A stretch of 64,000 nucleotides of DNA from Candidatus Ozemobacteraceae bacterium. Its GTDB lineage: Bacteria > Muiribacteriota > Ozemobacteria > Ozemobacterales > Ozemobacteraceae. The notes beneath the pieces were generated by a model. It did not search any database. It was not told the DNA's origin and saw nothing but the letters and a program-made list of their open reading frames with translations. Below, piece after piece: positions 40,683-50,179 of the stretch (the first letter of the stretch is position 1; each line of letters starts with the position of its first letter). A program made the translations under genes and the position numbers. The stretch spans positions 2,304,001 to 2,368,000 of the forward strand of contig OZ223236.1 in assembly GCA_965140445.1 (NCBI GenBank), read 5' to 3'.

Positions 40683-42020
40683 CTACTGAACGTTAATTTT
40701 TTTAATGCGAATGTATGGGCCGCCGAAGCTTACTGGAAGAGGGTATTGCTCCATTTTTCCACATCCACCTGAAGCAGAACTTATAACCTTGTATTCTTTT
40801 GAAACCTTGTCTATCTCATTAAGAGTGGACATAACGTTTCCTGTGATAACAGAAAACTTAACTGGTTTGGTTACTTTGCCGCCTTCTATTAGGTAAGCAC
40901 GTGATGGAGCGAGAGTAAATGTAGACATTCCAGATCCATGATTTATTGTTTCGATCAAGATTCCCTTGTCTATTTCGCTGATAAGTTCTTCTTTGCTGAC
41001 TTCTCCACCAGCAACGCAAGTTGAAGTCATTCTAACAATTGGCTCAAATTCAAAATTTACTGCACGGGCATTTCCAGTAAGTTCTTCAGAAAAACAGGCG
41101 GCACTTTCTGCATTGTGAAGCCTGCCCTGGAGAATTCCTTCTTTTATAAGATAAGTTTTGCGAATTCTTGTTCCCTCGTCGTCAAAGGGGATATAACCGC
41201 TACCAGAATTTTCTCCAGTGTCTGTAATGGTTAATACATCAGAGCCAACACGCTTACCGATGCACCATTCTTTCATCATTGTTTCGTCACCAATGGCAAA
41301 ATCTGCTTCGCTTTTGTGTCCAAAGCTTTCGTGAGCAAAAATACCAGTGGCCATGGGAGAGAGGACTACTGTGTAGTTCCCGCCATCTATTGTTTCAGCT
41401 TTGTGGAAGAATTCTTCTGAAGCATCCAGATCTTTCTGAAGTTTTTCTGAATGATTTTTTAATGCAGGAAAGTTGTCTTCACAAACCTGACATCCATCAG
41501 AAAAAACGTCTTTGCTAGTTCCAAAGGTAAAACCGAAAGATAGTCCGCCTATTTGAGTGTCAAATTTGAGGCTGGCACCTTTACTGGAATAGAATTCTTT
41601 CAGGGTATTTTTATCCGTATAGTTTATTCGCCAATGGCTGAGTTCATTTTTTGTTTTGATAATTTTGGCATATTGCTGAATAGTATCTAACTTTTCCTGA
41701 ATATTGATTTTTTCAAAAGAAATGCTATCAAATTTAATGCATTCTTCTTTGTTTACCTCAAATTTAGCCACTATAGGGTGTGACAGTATCTGAGGATTCG
41801 GGGTAGCTAATTTTGCCAGGTTATCAATTTCTTCTTGTAGATTTGCTACTTCAGTTGTAGAGGAAAAATACCACCTGATTCCATCAAAGACCCTTATAAA
41901 AGCACCTGAATCAGTTTTTTCCTTAATTTCTTCATATTTGTCCAGTTCGTAGCGAATAGCGGTTTGGAAGAACTTCTCTATTCTCACATCACAATAGAGA
42001 TCTTTGGGAAATTTAAACAT
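40683..42020 (-). CDS. tldD: TldD-like metalloprotease (second pair)
   Basis: HESFGHKSEAD, PFDDEG, TGNAR, PIVRMT, GCGKMEQ. Confidence 0.9.
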   Translation of the reverse strand: MFKFPKDLYCDVRIEKFFQTAIRYELDKYEEIKEKTDSGAFIRVFDGIRWYFSSTTEVANLQEEIDNLAKLATPNPQILSHPIVAKFEVNKEECIKFDSISFEKINIQEKLDTIQQYAKIIKTKNELSHWRINYTDKNTLKEFYSSKGASLKFDTQIGGLSFGFTFGTSKDVFSDGCQVCEDNFPALKNHSEKLQKDLDASEEFFHKAETIDGGNYTVVLSPMATGIFAHESFGHKSEADFAIGDETMMKEWCIGKRVGSDVLTITDTGENSGSGYIPFDDEGTRIRKTYLIKEGILQGRLHNAESAACFSEELTGNARAVNFEFEPIVRMTSTCVAGGEVSKEELISEIDKGILIETINHGSGMSTFTLAPSRAYLIEGGKVTKPVKFSVITGNVMSTLNEIDKVSKEYKVISSASGGCGKMEQYPLPVSFGGPYIRIKKINVQ

Positions 42021-42058
42021 TTAGCTTCTCCATAGAAAAATTTTCAAATGATCATAAG

Positions 42059-42301
42059 TCATCTAAGATAAGGAGGAAGCACTTTTCCTGCTTCCGGGTT
42101 TTTCTGAAGATAAATTTTTCGCAATCTTTGTGCTCTTTCATGAGCATTTAATGCATCTAGCCATCTTGAAACGGTAACCCCTAGCATTATGGTTGAAATG
42201 AGGAAAACTATCAAGCACAGTCTTATTTTCCGAGTAAGATCTCCCATGCATTCAGGACATCCATCGATTGGATTTTTGCAATAATCACAATTCAGATTCA
42301 T
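42059..42301 (-). CDS. Small zinc-ribbon + TM protein
   Basis: CDYC-x6-CPEC then one TM; TAATG coupling to upstream gene. Confidence 0.7.
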   Translation of the reverse strand: MNLNCDYCKNPIDGCPECMGDLTRKIRLCLIVFLISTIMLGVTVSRWLDALNAHERAQRLRKIYLQKNPEAGKVLPPYLR

Positions 42302-43221
42302 TAAAATGCTCCTGAAACATATTTTCTACCGGTATATGAAATTCTAAAATAGGGAATTCCCCTGTACGAAGCGAATATTAGCTCAACGAATGATTTATCG
42401 CTCCTCCACTTGTAAGTTAACATTCGATCCCTGGCAATAACCGAGGTAACTTTTTCCTTCCTGGTCGTTGCCAATGAAATCTCATCCTCAGGTTTTTTAC
42501 TTGGAGGCCCATAAATTGAAGAGATTGAAAGATACATTTCATAAAAACATGAATCAACCTGGTCTAATGTTGACAGGTTTTGATTGCGCGGCTGTGGGTA
42601 AAGCCCCATATCACTTCCTACCCAACTTTCAGCTGAGGTTCCTATTGAAATGATACTGTTTTCTATCATTTTTTTTGTTTTTGGAATTCTTTGCCCAAAG
42701 ACAATATAAGTGCCACCAATAAGTGTATTTGATGAGAAATGATATTGGACAATAGTATTGTAAGAACCAACTCTAGCTATATAACTTAAAAGTCCAGGCT
42801 TGGAAAATCCTTCTGGTGAAGGGTCTGCTTTTTCTTTTTCTTTTACTGTTTCCTTTGTCATTCCCCAATAAGCAATTCTAAAGTCCGCTTTTCGTCCTAC
42901 TTCAGGGGCAGCTTCCTTGTCATCCTTCTTTTTTTTATCTTTAGCTTTTGCCGCGCTTTTCTTTTCCCCTTTTACGCCTGCGGGATCTTTTGCGTCCTTA
43001 ACTTCAGAGTGTTTTTTTGTTGCTTCTTCAGCTGCCTGAAATGGTTTTAGAGCCATTGCGGTTTCTTCTTTTACTTTTATCTCAAGGGAAGCAAATATGC
43101 CGGCTGCAATAAAAAAAATAACGGCTAACTGAAAAAGTAGACTGGATATTCTATCTTTGAACTGATGTTTACAATGTGGGCAGGTCGAAAGCTTTTTGCC
43201 ACATTCAGAACAAACAATCAT
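42301..43221 (-). CDS. Zinc-ribbon + TM + Lys/Ala-rich linker + extracytoplasmic domain protein
   Basis: CSEC-x6-CPHC, TM, KKSAAKAKDKKKKDD linker, DFRIAYWGMT domain. Confidence 0.75.
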   Translation of the reverse strand: MIVCSECGKKLSTCPHCKHQFKDRISSLLFQLAVIFFIAAGIFASLEIKVKEETAMALKPFQAAEEATKKHSEVKDAKDPAGVKGEKKSAAKAKDKKKKDDKEAAPEVGRKADFRIAYWGMTKETVKEKEKADPSPEGFSKPGLLSYIARVGSYNTIVQYHFSSNTLIGGTYIVFGQRIPKTKKMIENSIISIGTSAESWVGSDMGLYPQPRNQNLSTLDQVDSCFYEMYLSISSIYGPPSKKPEDEISLATTRKEKVTSVIARDRMLTYKWRSDKSFVELIFASYRGIPYFRISYTGRKYVSGAF

Positions 43222-43431
43222 TAAAAATTACCAACCTTATTAAAAGAATATTTAATTTAAAAGAAAAAATAACGAAGAAAAAATTTCTCACATTATCTAG
43301 GGTAAGGCAAAAAGATAAAAAATCAAGTAAGACATTGTAACAGGATGTTAAAGGAGCAGATAGCCCGAGTTTTTTGTTTAGAAAAAATAGAATTGGATGA
43401 TTTATAAAATTCTGGTATAAGTGTCCCTGCA

Positions 43432-44154
43432 ATGAAAAAGCTAAGAAGATACTCTAAACTTAAAAATATTGGTGATCCACGCGAAATAGTTTTGCTTAAG
43501 GGGAGCCCCTGTGCTTGGGGACGCTGCACTTTTTGTGATTATATTCTGGATAATTCAGAAAATGAAGCCCAAAACTCCAGTTTTAACTCCCACGTTCTTT
43601 CTAAAGTTACAGGTGAATTCGGGGTTCTACAAGTTATAAATTCTGGAAGCGTTTTTGAACTTCCTGAATATACGCTTGATGAAATTCTTCAGATTTGCAA
43701 ACTAAAACAAATTAAAAAGATATATTTTGAGTCTCATTGGTTTTATAAGGATAGAATTGAAGAATTGAGAAAGTTCTTTGGAGATATCAAGCTTGTATTA
43801 ATGCTCGGTATGGAAACTTTTAACCACCGGTTTCGAAATGAAATTCTGAAAAAAGGAATAGAGTTCGATAAAATTCAGGATGTAAGGCAACATTTTGATT
43901 CCATTTGTCTAATGGTAGGCATAAAAGGGCAAACTAAAGAAATGTTGGAAAATGACATTGAAACTTTGTTGAAGAATTTTGAGCACGGAACAATAAATGT
44001 TTTTGTGAATAATTCAACACCAATCAAGGCTGATTTAGAGTTACAAAGCTGGTTTAAAAGCAGATTTGAAAATTTATCCGCGATCAACAAGATTGATGTT
44101 TTGTGGGATATCACTGATTTTGGGGTAGGGGAGTTAATTGACGATGAAGAATGA
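43432..44154 (+). CDS. queL: Queuine lyase-like radical SAM enzyme
   Basis: REIVLLKG.PCAWGRCTFCDY..DNS (CX4CX2C), VINSGSVFEL, FESHW, G.ETF...R; overlaps a yhhQ transporter gene. Confidence 0.82.
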   Translation: MKKLRRYSKLKNIGDPREIVLLKGSPCAWGRCTFCDYILDNSENEAQNSSFNSHVLSKVTGEFGVLQVINSGSVFELPEYTLDEILQICKLKQIKKIYFESHWFYKDRIEELRKFFGDIKLVLMLGMETFNHRFRNEILKKGIEFDKIQDVRQHFDSICLMVGIKGQTKEMLENDIETLLKNFEHGTINVFVNNSTPIKADLELQSWFKSRFENLSAINKIDVLWDITDFGVGELIDDEE

Positions 44155-44836
44155 TTTACTGTGGGTCATACTTTTGGCGGTCAATTACATTGGGATTGTT
44201 GCCTCATTCCGTTTTTTTAAAAAAGCAGGATTATTTGCGTGGATTGTGCTCGCTTCAATTTTGGCCAATATTCAGGTGATTAAAACAATTGAAATTTTTG
44301 GCATGGTTACAACTCTGGGAAACATAATATACGGGAGTTCTTTTCTTGCTACTGACGTCCTGAATGAGTGTTATTCTGAGAAGGAAGCCAGAAAAGGCGT
44401 CTTTATGGGGATTTTTGCCATTGTAGTTACAACAGTAATAATGCAGATTTGCCTGCAATTTAAGCCGCACTCAAGTGATATTTCAAGTGGAGCTTTAGAT
44501 ACAATCTTTTCCATAATGCCAAGAATAACTTTCGCCAGCATTACAGCCTATTTTGTTAGTCAGAATTTTGATGTCTGGTTTTATGACTATTTGAAAAAGA
44601 AATTTCCTGCGCACCTATGGGTTCGTAACAATGGTTCAACCATGGTTAGTCAGCTTATTGACAACGTTATTTTTACGCTTATGGCGTTTTGGGGTGTCTT
44701 TGAATGGACAATTATATGGCAGATTTTCATAACAACCTATATCATGAAATGGATTGTTGCAATTTTTGACACCCCATTCATTTACTGGGCCAGAAGAATT
44801 CACAAAAAGTGGAAAAGTGAAGAATTGCCAGCTTGA
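44138..44836 (+). CDS. yhhQ: Queuosine precursor transporter (YhhQ/DUF165)
   Basis: ANIQVIK, TLGN..Y...FLATD.LNE.Y, PRI..AS..AY.VSQ..DV, WVRNNGST.VSQLID, DTPF. Confidence 0.92.
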   Translation: MTMKNDLLWVILLAVNYIGIVASFRFFKKAGLFAWIVLASILANIQVIKTIEIFGMVTTLGNIIYGSSFLATDVLNECYSEKEARKGVFMGIFAIVVTTVIMQICLQFKPHSSDISSGALDTIFSIMPRITFASITAYFVSQNFDVWFYDYLKKKFPAHLWVRNNGSTMVSQLIDNVIFTLMAFWGVFEWTIIWQIFITTYIMKWIVAIFDTPFIYWARRIHKKWKSEELPA

Positions 44837-44855
44837 TAATGTAGTTGAGTGAGAG

Positions 44856-45509
44856 ATGAAAGAGCAAAAGGTCCTTTTCTCAGGCGAATTTGAAGCTAAA
44901 ATTGAGCTGCTGCCTTTGCAGCTCGTTTCAGACAGTGTTTCTCCAATTTTTTTGGCCGCATTTGCTGTTTTTAGTTTTTTAGCGATAACCTTTTTTTCTT
45001 TTGCTTTTGATGCATTTTCTCCGATAAAAATTCCACTCTATTTTGGGGGAATAATGACACCCGGGATCTTGATGTACCTTATTACCTACTATGATAAACG
45101 TTTGCAGATCGAAGCAGATAAGGTTTCAAGTGTTGAGAGCAGAGCTTTTATGATAAAAAAAGTTAACTGGTCAGAATTGCTTTCAAATTATTCAAGCGTA
45201 TGTGGCAAGTATTACTATGGATACATAGGTGGAAGTGACACCCCGACTTTAGTTAGAGAAGTTGTTCTCAAAAATATAAATAATTCTGCAAGGGATTTTA
45301 TTCTAGCTAGATACTTTTTTAGGTCAGAAGACCTGGTAAAAGAAGAAAATTTTAAAAGCTTCTGGAGAAAGTCGTGCATAATATTTGGGAAAAATCCATC
45401 CATCTTGGTAAATGGAACTCAAAAAGACATTTCTTCGCAAGATATTGAATTTTTGAATGGAGACGAGGGGGCATTTATCCCCGACAAAAGAATGCTTGCT
45501 CTTTCTTGA
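44856..45509 (+). CDS. Hypothetical membrane protein
   Basis: Two N-terminal TM helices followed by a soluble domain. Confidence 0.6.
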   Translation: MKEQKVLFSGEFEAKIELLPLQLVSDSVSPIFLAAFAVFSFLAITFFSFAFDAFSPIKIPLYFGGIMTPGILMYLITYYDKRLQIEADKVSSVESRAFMIKKVNWSELLSNYSSVCGKYYYGYIGGSDTPTLVREVVLKNINNSARDFILARYFFRSEDLVKEENFKSFWRKSCIIFGKNPSILVNGTQKDISSQDIEFLNGDEGAFIPDKRMLALS

Positions 45510-45551
45510 GTATTTTCTCTTAAAAATGCTCCCATAGAAAAACTAAAATAC

Positions 45552-45579
45552 TTGAATCATTCTGATTCTAAGCTATAAT
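45552..45579 (+). promoter_or_regulatory. Sigma70-like promoter of hydrogenase operon with overlapping palindrome
   Basis: TTGAAT-16 nt-TATAAT; GAATCA-ttc-TGATTC at 45554-45568. Confidence 0.55.
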
Positions 45580-45620
45580 GTTTACATTCTATGGTTCACA
45601 GGGAAAGGAACTAGCTAAAG

Positions 45621-45869
45621 ATGGAAGTCAAAATTTGCATTGGTACCTCTTGCCACCGACAAGGTGCAGAGAAAGTATTGAAGCACTTTCAGACCATGAT
45701 AGAAGAAAAAGACCTCAAAGAAAAAATACAGTTAAAAGGGTCTTTTTGTCTTGGAAAGTGTACAAAAGGAAAAGTAACGCTCCTCATTGACGGAAAAGAT
45801 TATCTGGCATCAACACCCGATGACGCTGGGGACTTTTTTGAGAGGGAGATTCTTTCAAGATTAGGTTAG
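45621..45869 (+). CDS. Thioredoxin-like [2Fe-2S] ferredoxin (NuoE/HfsA-like)
   Basis: ICIGTSCH..GA...LKGSFCLGKC. Confidence 0.85.
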   Translation: MEVKICIGTSCHRQGAEKVLKHFQTMIEEKDLKEKIQLKGSFCLGKCTKGKVTLLIDGKDYLASTPDDAGDFFEREILSRLG

Positions 45870-45872
45870 GCT

Positions 45873-46367
45873 GTGGATTGTTCGTTTGTTGCGATCATGA
45901 TTGGACCGCCAACTGATAAAAAAAATGATCATACCGTTTTGCATCAGTTTATGGGGTACAATGGGAGCAAAATTGTTTGTGGTGGAACTGCAATAAAGGT
46001 TTTGGAGCAACATTTGAATAAAGAGGCTTGCGTGAAGCTTGAAAGTTCAACCAACTCGGTTCCTCCATTCGGAATGATTGATGGAGTCGAGCTTCTCACT
46101 GAAGGATACTTCACACTGAGTAAAGTTTTAGAGCTGCTTAAATTAGACACAAAAACGTCTGAAAAAGACAAAAACACGAATGCAGCTGTCAGACTACTTT
46201 CCATTCTGGAGAGAGCAGAAAAATTAAACTTTTTTCTGGGAAAGGAATCTGAACTTAATGAGAAAGCCAATATTGAGCAAAAGAGATTGGCAAAGTCAGA
46301 GTTGATTCAGGCAATCATTGAAAATCTTGTGAAAAGAGGCAAGATTGTTCAAGTTGAAGAGATATAG
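45873..46367 (+). CDS. Stand-alone C-terminal domain of hydrogenase-associated SpoIIE-type phosphatase (HfsC-like)
   Basis: GPP....D, KIVCGGT, PPFG.IDGVEL.TEG..TL, AA..L motifs; no PP2C catalytic domain. Confidence 0.65.
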   Translation: MDCSFVAIMIGPPTDKKNDHTVLHQFMGYNGSKIVCGGTAIKVLEQHLNKEACVKLESSTNSVPPFGMIDGVELLTEGYFTLSKVLELLKLDTKTSEKDKNTNAAVRLLSILERAEKLNFFLGKESELNEKANIEQKRLAKSELIQAIIENLVKRGKIVQVEEI

Positions 46368-46376
46368 GAGCAGATT

Positions 46377-48368
46377 ATGAGCAAAGTTATTTTTGGCGTA
46401 TGGGACGAGCAGGTTATGGATAACCGTGGAAAACGCCCATTCGAAATTGATGAACTGCCGGAGTTCGACCAGTTCGATGAATTTGATCCAGGAAACCCGA
46501 TCAAAGCATTTTTTGGCTGGAAGGGTTTTTATATTTTTGACGAAGAAGTTAACTTGCTGGATGCAGCCAGACAATATATTGGCCGAGCAGCCAAAGAAAG
46601 TTGTGGAGCTTGTACACCATGTCGCGTAGGAACCCAGATTCTTAAACAAAAATTTATGGATCTTGGCAAAGGTAAAGCCGGTGAGGAAGCGTTAGACGAA
46701 ATTGAAAAACTTGCTGTGCATGTTAAAAACACATCGCTTTGTGGTCTTGGCCAGACATGCACCGTTCCAATACTGGATATGTTGAAGTATTTCCGCGAAG
46801 AACTGGTTCAGCAGATCAATCAGGAAATGGATGGCACTTTTCACAAGCAACCGGCTACAACATATGTTACCGCACCATGTATTGAAGCATGTCCAGCCAG
46901 AGTCAATGTTCCAAGCTATATTGACTATATTAAAGATGGTAAGTTTACCCATTCAATCGGTGTTGTTCTCCAGAAATATCCTATGGCGGCCACTTGCGGA
47001 CGCGTTTGTGTAAGATTCTGTGAATTTGCATGTCGAAGAACAATGGTTGATGAAGCCGTTGGAATTAAGCTACTTAAAAGGTTTGTAGCTGATAAAGAGA
47101 GATATGTTACTGATAAATGGTTCAATAAAGAATTAATTAAAAACAAAAAGCCCGCTGAACTTAAAGTCGCTGTTATCGGCGCTGGTCCTGCTGGCATATC
47201 TGCTGCTTATCATCTGCTTTTAAAAGGCTATTCTGTTGATGTTTTTGAAGCTATGACAGAACCGGGCGGAATGGCAGCAGTTGGTATCCCGGAATACAGG
47301 CTTCCAAAAGAAGATGTTTTGCGCAAAGAAATTTCAATTATTGAATCTCTTGGTGGAACAATTGCTTACAACCAGAGAATGGGCGTTGACTTTTCATTAG
47401 AGGATTTGTTCAAGCGTGGTTACAAAAGCGTATTCCTGGGAGTTGGTGCTCACAAAGGAAAAGCTATTGGTATTCCTGGCGAACACCGTTCTCAAAAAGG
47501 ATATAAAACAGGAATTAGCTTCCTGCTCTATATTAATCATTATTTCATTAATATGGGTCTTCAGGTTGAGTTAGGGAAAAAGTTGGTGGTAGTTGGTGGC
47601 GGAAACGTGGCCATGGACTGCGCTAGATCTGCTCTCAGACTTGGCGTTGAAGAAGTTCATCTTGTTTATAGACGTTCAAAAAATGAAATGCCAGCTGATC
47701 ACGAAGAAATTGAAGCTGCTGAAAAAGAAGGCGTCATATTCCACTTCCTGACTCATCCGGTTAAAGTAATTTTGGATGATAATGGAGTTAAAGGAATCAG
47801 ATTGATTAAGATGGAACTTGGTCAGCCTGATGAATCGGGGCGAAGCAGAGTTCACCCAATTGAAAATTCCGAGTTTAATCTTGATGTAGATTTCATTGTT
47901 CCGGCAATTGGGCAACGTGTTGAAGGTGGTTTCCTGGTGCCAGAAGATGGAGTTTCATTTACTGATTGGGGTTTAATTGATGTTAATCCTGTAACAATGA
48001 GCACAACCAGAAAAGGCGTTTTTGCTGGCGGCGACTGCACAACAGGTCCTGCAACTCTGATTGAAGCTATGGAAAAAGGTATCAAGGCAGCTAAAGCCAT
48101 TGATGATTATCTCACTTACGGAAGGGTTCGCTTTGATAAAGAAGAGCGCATGAGCGAAATTATTAGAAATATTTCAAAGGTTGATAAAGAAAGCCTGAAT
48201 ATTCCTGTTCGCGAAGAGCGCAGAGTTATCTGTGAAGAACTGGACCCTGAAGTTAGAAAGCGTATTTTTGAAGAGGTTGAAAAACCCATTACCGTTGAAC
48301 AGGCTTATAAAGAAGCCGAGCGATGTCTTCGTTGCTATAGAATTTCAATGGTAATAACGGATAAGTGA
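46377..48368 (+). CDS. GltD/NfnB-like FAD-dependent NAD(P)H oxidoreductase with N-terminal NuoF-type 4Fe-4S domain; hydrogenase partner
   Basis: ESCGACTPCRVG...SLCGLGQ; APCIEACP, CGRVC..FCE..C; IGAGPAG, GGGNVAMD, YRR, FAGGD, C-terminal RCLRC. Confidence 0.88.
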   Translation: MSKVIFGVWDEQVMDNRGKRPFEIDELPEFDQFDEFDPGNPIKAFFGWKGFYIFDEEVNLLDAARQYIGRAAKESCGACTPCRVGTQILKQKFMDLGKGKAGEEALDEIEKLAVHVKNTSLCGLGQTCTVPILDMLKYFREELVQQINQEMDGTFHKQPATTYVTAPCIEACPARVNVPSYIDYIKDGKFTHSIGVVLQKYPMAATCGRVCVRFCEFACRRTMVDEAVGIKLLKRFVADKERYVTDKWFNKELIKNKKPAELKVAVIGAGPAGISAAYHLLLKGYSVDVFEAMTEPGGMAAVGIPEYRLPKEDVLRKEISIIESLGGTIAYNQRMGVDFSLEDLFKRGYKSVFLGVGAHKGKAIGIPGEHRSQKGYKTGISFLLYINHYFINMGLQVELGKKLVVVGGGNVAMDCARSALRLGVEEVHLVYRRSKNEMPADHEEIEAAEKEGVIFHFLTHPVKVILDDNGVKGIRLIKMELGQPDESGRSRVHPIENSEFNLDVDFIVPAIGQRVEGGFLVPEDGVSFTDWGLIDVNPVTMSTTRKGVFAGGDCTTGPATLIEAMEKGIKAAKAIDDYLTYGRVRFDKEERMSEIIRNISKVDKESLNIPVREERRVICEELDPEVRKRIFEEVEKPITVEQAYKEAERCLRCYRISMVITDK

Positions 48369-48378
48369 GGTTATAACA

Positions 48379-50175
48379 ATGATTGGTTGCATAAACGGAA
48401 AAGAAGTTACTTTTGAAAAGAATGAAACAATTCTGGCCGTAGCTAGAAGAAGCGGACATTTTATTCCAACTCTTTGCGAATTGGCTAGTATTAATCACGC
48501 TCCTGGAACCTGTCGTGTTTGCCTTGCAGAAATCAAGCGCAGTGGCTCGGAAGAATCTAGAATTGTTACAACCTGTAATACCCCTATGGAAGAAGGTATT
48601 CAGGTGTTCACTAGAACGCGACTAGTTCGTGAACGACAGAGACTTCAGGTAGAGCTATTACTCGCAGATCACAATCAAGATTGCGCTTCTTGTATTCGCC
48701 ATGGAAACTGCGAATTGCAGGATGTTGCACAGTTTGTTGGTCTTCAAACCATTAATTATCATTATCCCAAGTTCTATGAAAAGCGTAGCAAAGAAGTTGA
48801 AACGCCAACTATTCAACGTGATATGACCAAGTGTATACGTTGTCTCAGATGTGTTGATGTTTGCCGTAAAGTTCAGAAAACAGATATTCTTGTTTTCTCA
48901 GGAAATGGTATCAAAGCTGAGATAGGTGCCAAGGATAGTGATAGTCTCTTTGATTCTGATTGCGTGAGCTGTGGACAGTGTACTTTGGTTTGTCCTGTTG
49001 GCGCCCTGGTAGCAAGAGATGATACAGAAGAAGTTATCGATTATCTTTATGACTGTGATGTGACAACGGTTTTCCAGGTTGCACCAGCTGTAAGGGTTGC
49101 TTTGGGTGAAGAATTCTTCATGGAACCCGGCACACCTGTAATGGGAAAAATCATCACAGCTATCCGCAAAATGGGTGGCGATGTGGTATTGGATACCAAC
49201 TTTACTGCAGATTTAACCATCCTTGAAGAAGGAACTGAACTTATAAACAGGATCAAAGAGGGTGGGAAATTGCCCATGATGACCTCTTGTAGTCCTGGTT
49301 GGATTAATTTCATGGAAAGAAATTTCCCAGAAATGCTGGATCATTTGTCAACAGCAAAGAGCCCACAACAGATGTTTGGCGCAGTGGCAAAAACTTATCT
49401 GGCTGAAAAAATGAACATTGATCCAAAAAAGATGAGAGTAATCTCAATTATGCCTTGTACCGCTAAAAAAGGCGAAGCAAAGCGTGCAGAGTTCTATACT
49501 GACGGTAATCCTGACGTTGATGTTGTTTTAACTACCAGAGAATTTGCAAGGTTGCTAAAACGTGAAGGAATCTGGTTACCCGGCCTTGAAGATGGTGAAT
49601 ATGACAATCAATGGATGGGAGAATTTACCGGTGCTGGTGCAATCTTTGGAACCACTGGTGGAGTTATGGAAGCTGCACTAAGAACGGTTCATTTTGTTTT
49701 AACAGGAAAAGAGATCGAAGGGATTGATGTAAAGCCAGTTCGCGGTCTTGAAGACATTAAAGAAGCCGAGCTTGATTTTGGTGAACCATATGGAAAGGTA
49801 AAAGTTGCTGTTGCACATGGTTTAAAAGCAGCCAGAAATATTGTAAAGCGCATTAAAGATGGCACAGCTGATTATACTTTTGTTGAAGTCATGGCATGTC
49901 CCGGTGGTTGTATGAGCGGCGGCGGCCAGCCAAGAACAAAAGGTTTTTATCAGGTTAACAGAGAAGACAGACAAAAAGCTCTCTACAAAATTGATCTGGA
50001 AATGCCAATCCGACAAAGTCACAATAACCCGCTTGTGAAAAAGCTTTATGAAGAATTCCTGGGTGAACCTAATTCTGAAAAAGCACACCATTTGCTTCAT
50101 ACTCACTATAAAGGCAGAAAAGTTCATAAAGTTCATACGCTAAAAAAGATCTGGGAAGATCTTAGCGAAGATTAG
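48379..50175 (+). CDS. hydA: [FeFe]-hydrogenase group A catalytic subunit
   Basis: N-terminal 2Fe-2S, HxxxCxxCx5C, two 4Fe-4S; H-cluster motifs TSCSPGW, MPCTAKKGE, EVMACPGGCMSGGGQP. Confidence 0.95.
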   Translation: MIGCINGKEVTFEKNETILAVARRSGHFIPTLCELASINHAPGTCRVCLAEIKRSGSEESRIVTTCNTPMEEGIQVFTRTRLVRERQRLQVELLLADHNQDCASCIRHGNCELQDVAQFVGLQTINYHYPKFYEKRSKEVETPTIQRDMTKCIRCLRCVDVCRKVQKTDILVFSGNGIKAEIGAKDSDSLFDSDCVSCGQCTLVCPVGALVARDDTEEVIDYLYDCDVTTVFQVAPAVRVALGEEFFMEPGTPVMGKIITAIRKMGGDVVLDTNFTADLTILEEGTELINRIKEGGKLPMMTSCSPGWINFMERNFPEMLDHLSTAKSPQQMFGAVAKTYLAEKMNIDPKKMRVISIMPCTAKKGEAKRAEFYTDGNPDVDVVLTTREFARLLKREGIWLPGLEDGEYDNQWMGEFTGAGAIFGTTGGVMEAALRTVHFVLTGKEIEGIDVKPVRGLEDIKEAELDFGEPYGKVKVAVAHGLKAARNIVKRIKDGTADYTFVEVMACPGGCMSGGGQPRTKGFYQVNREDRQKALYKIDLEMPIRQSHNNPLVKKLYEEFLGEPNSEKAHHLLHTHYKGRKVHKVHTLKKIWEDLSED

Positions 50176-50179
50176 AAAT

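Noticed and set aside
43222..43431. Expected preQ1 riboswitch upstream of queL-yhhQ
   Set aside because: No GGTTC-loop hairpin with an A-rich tail found; the promoter-like TTGGAT-17-TATAAG lies only ~10 nt from the ATG
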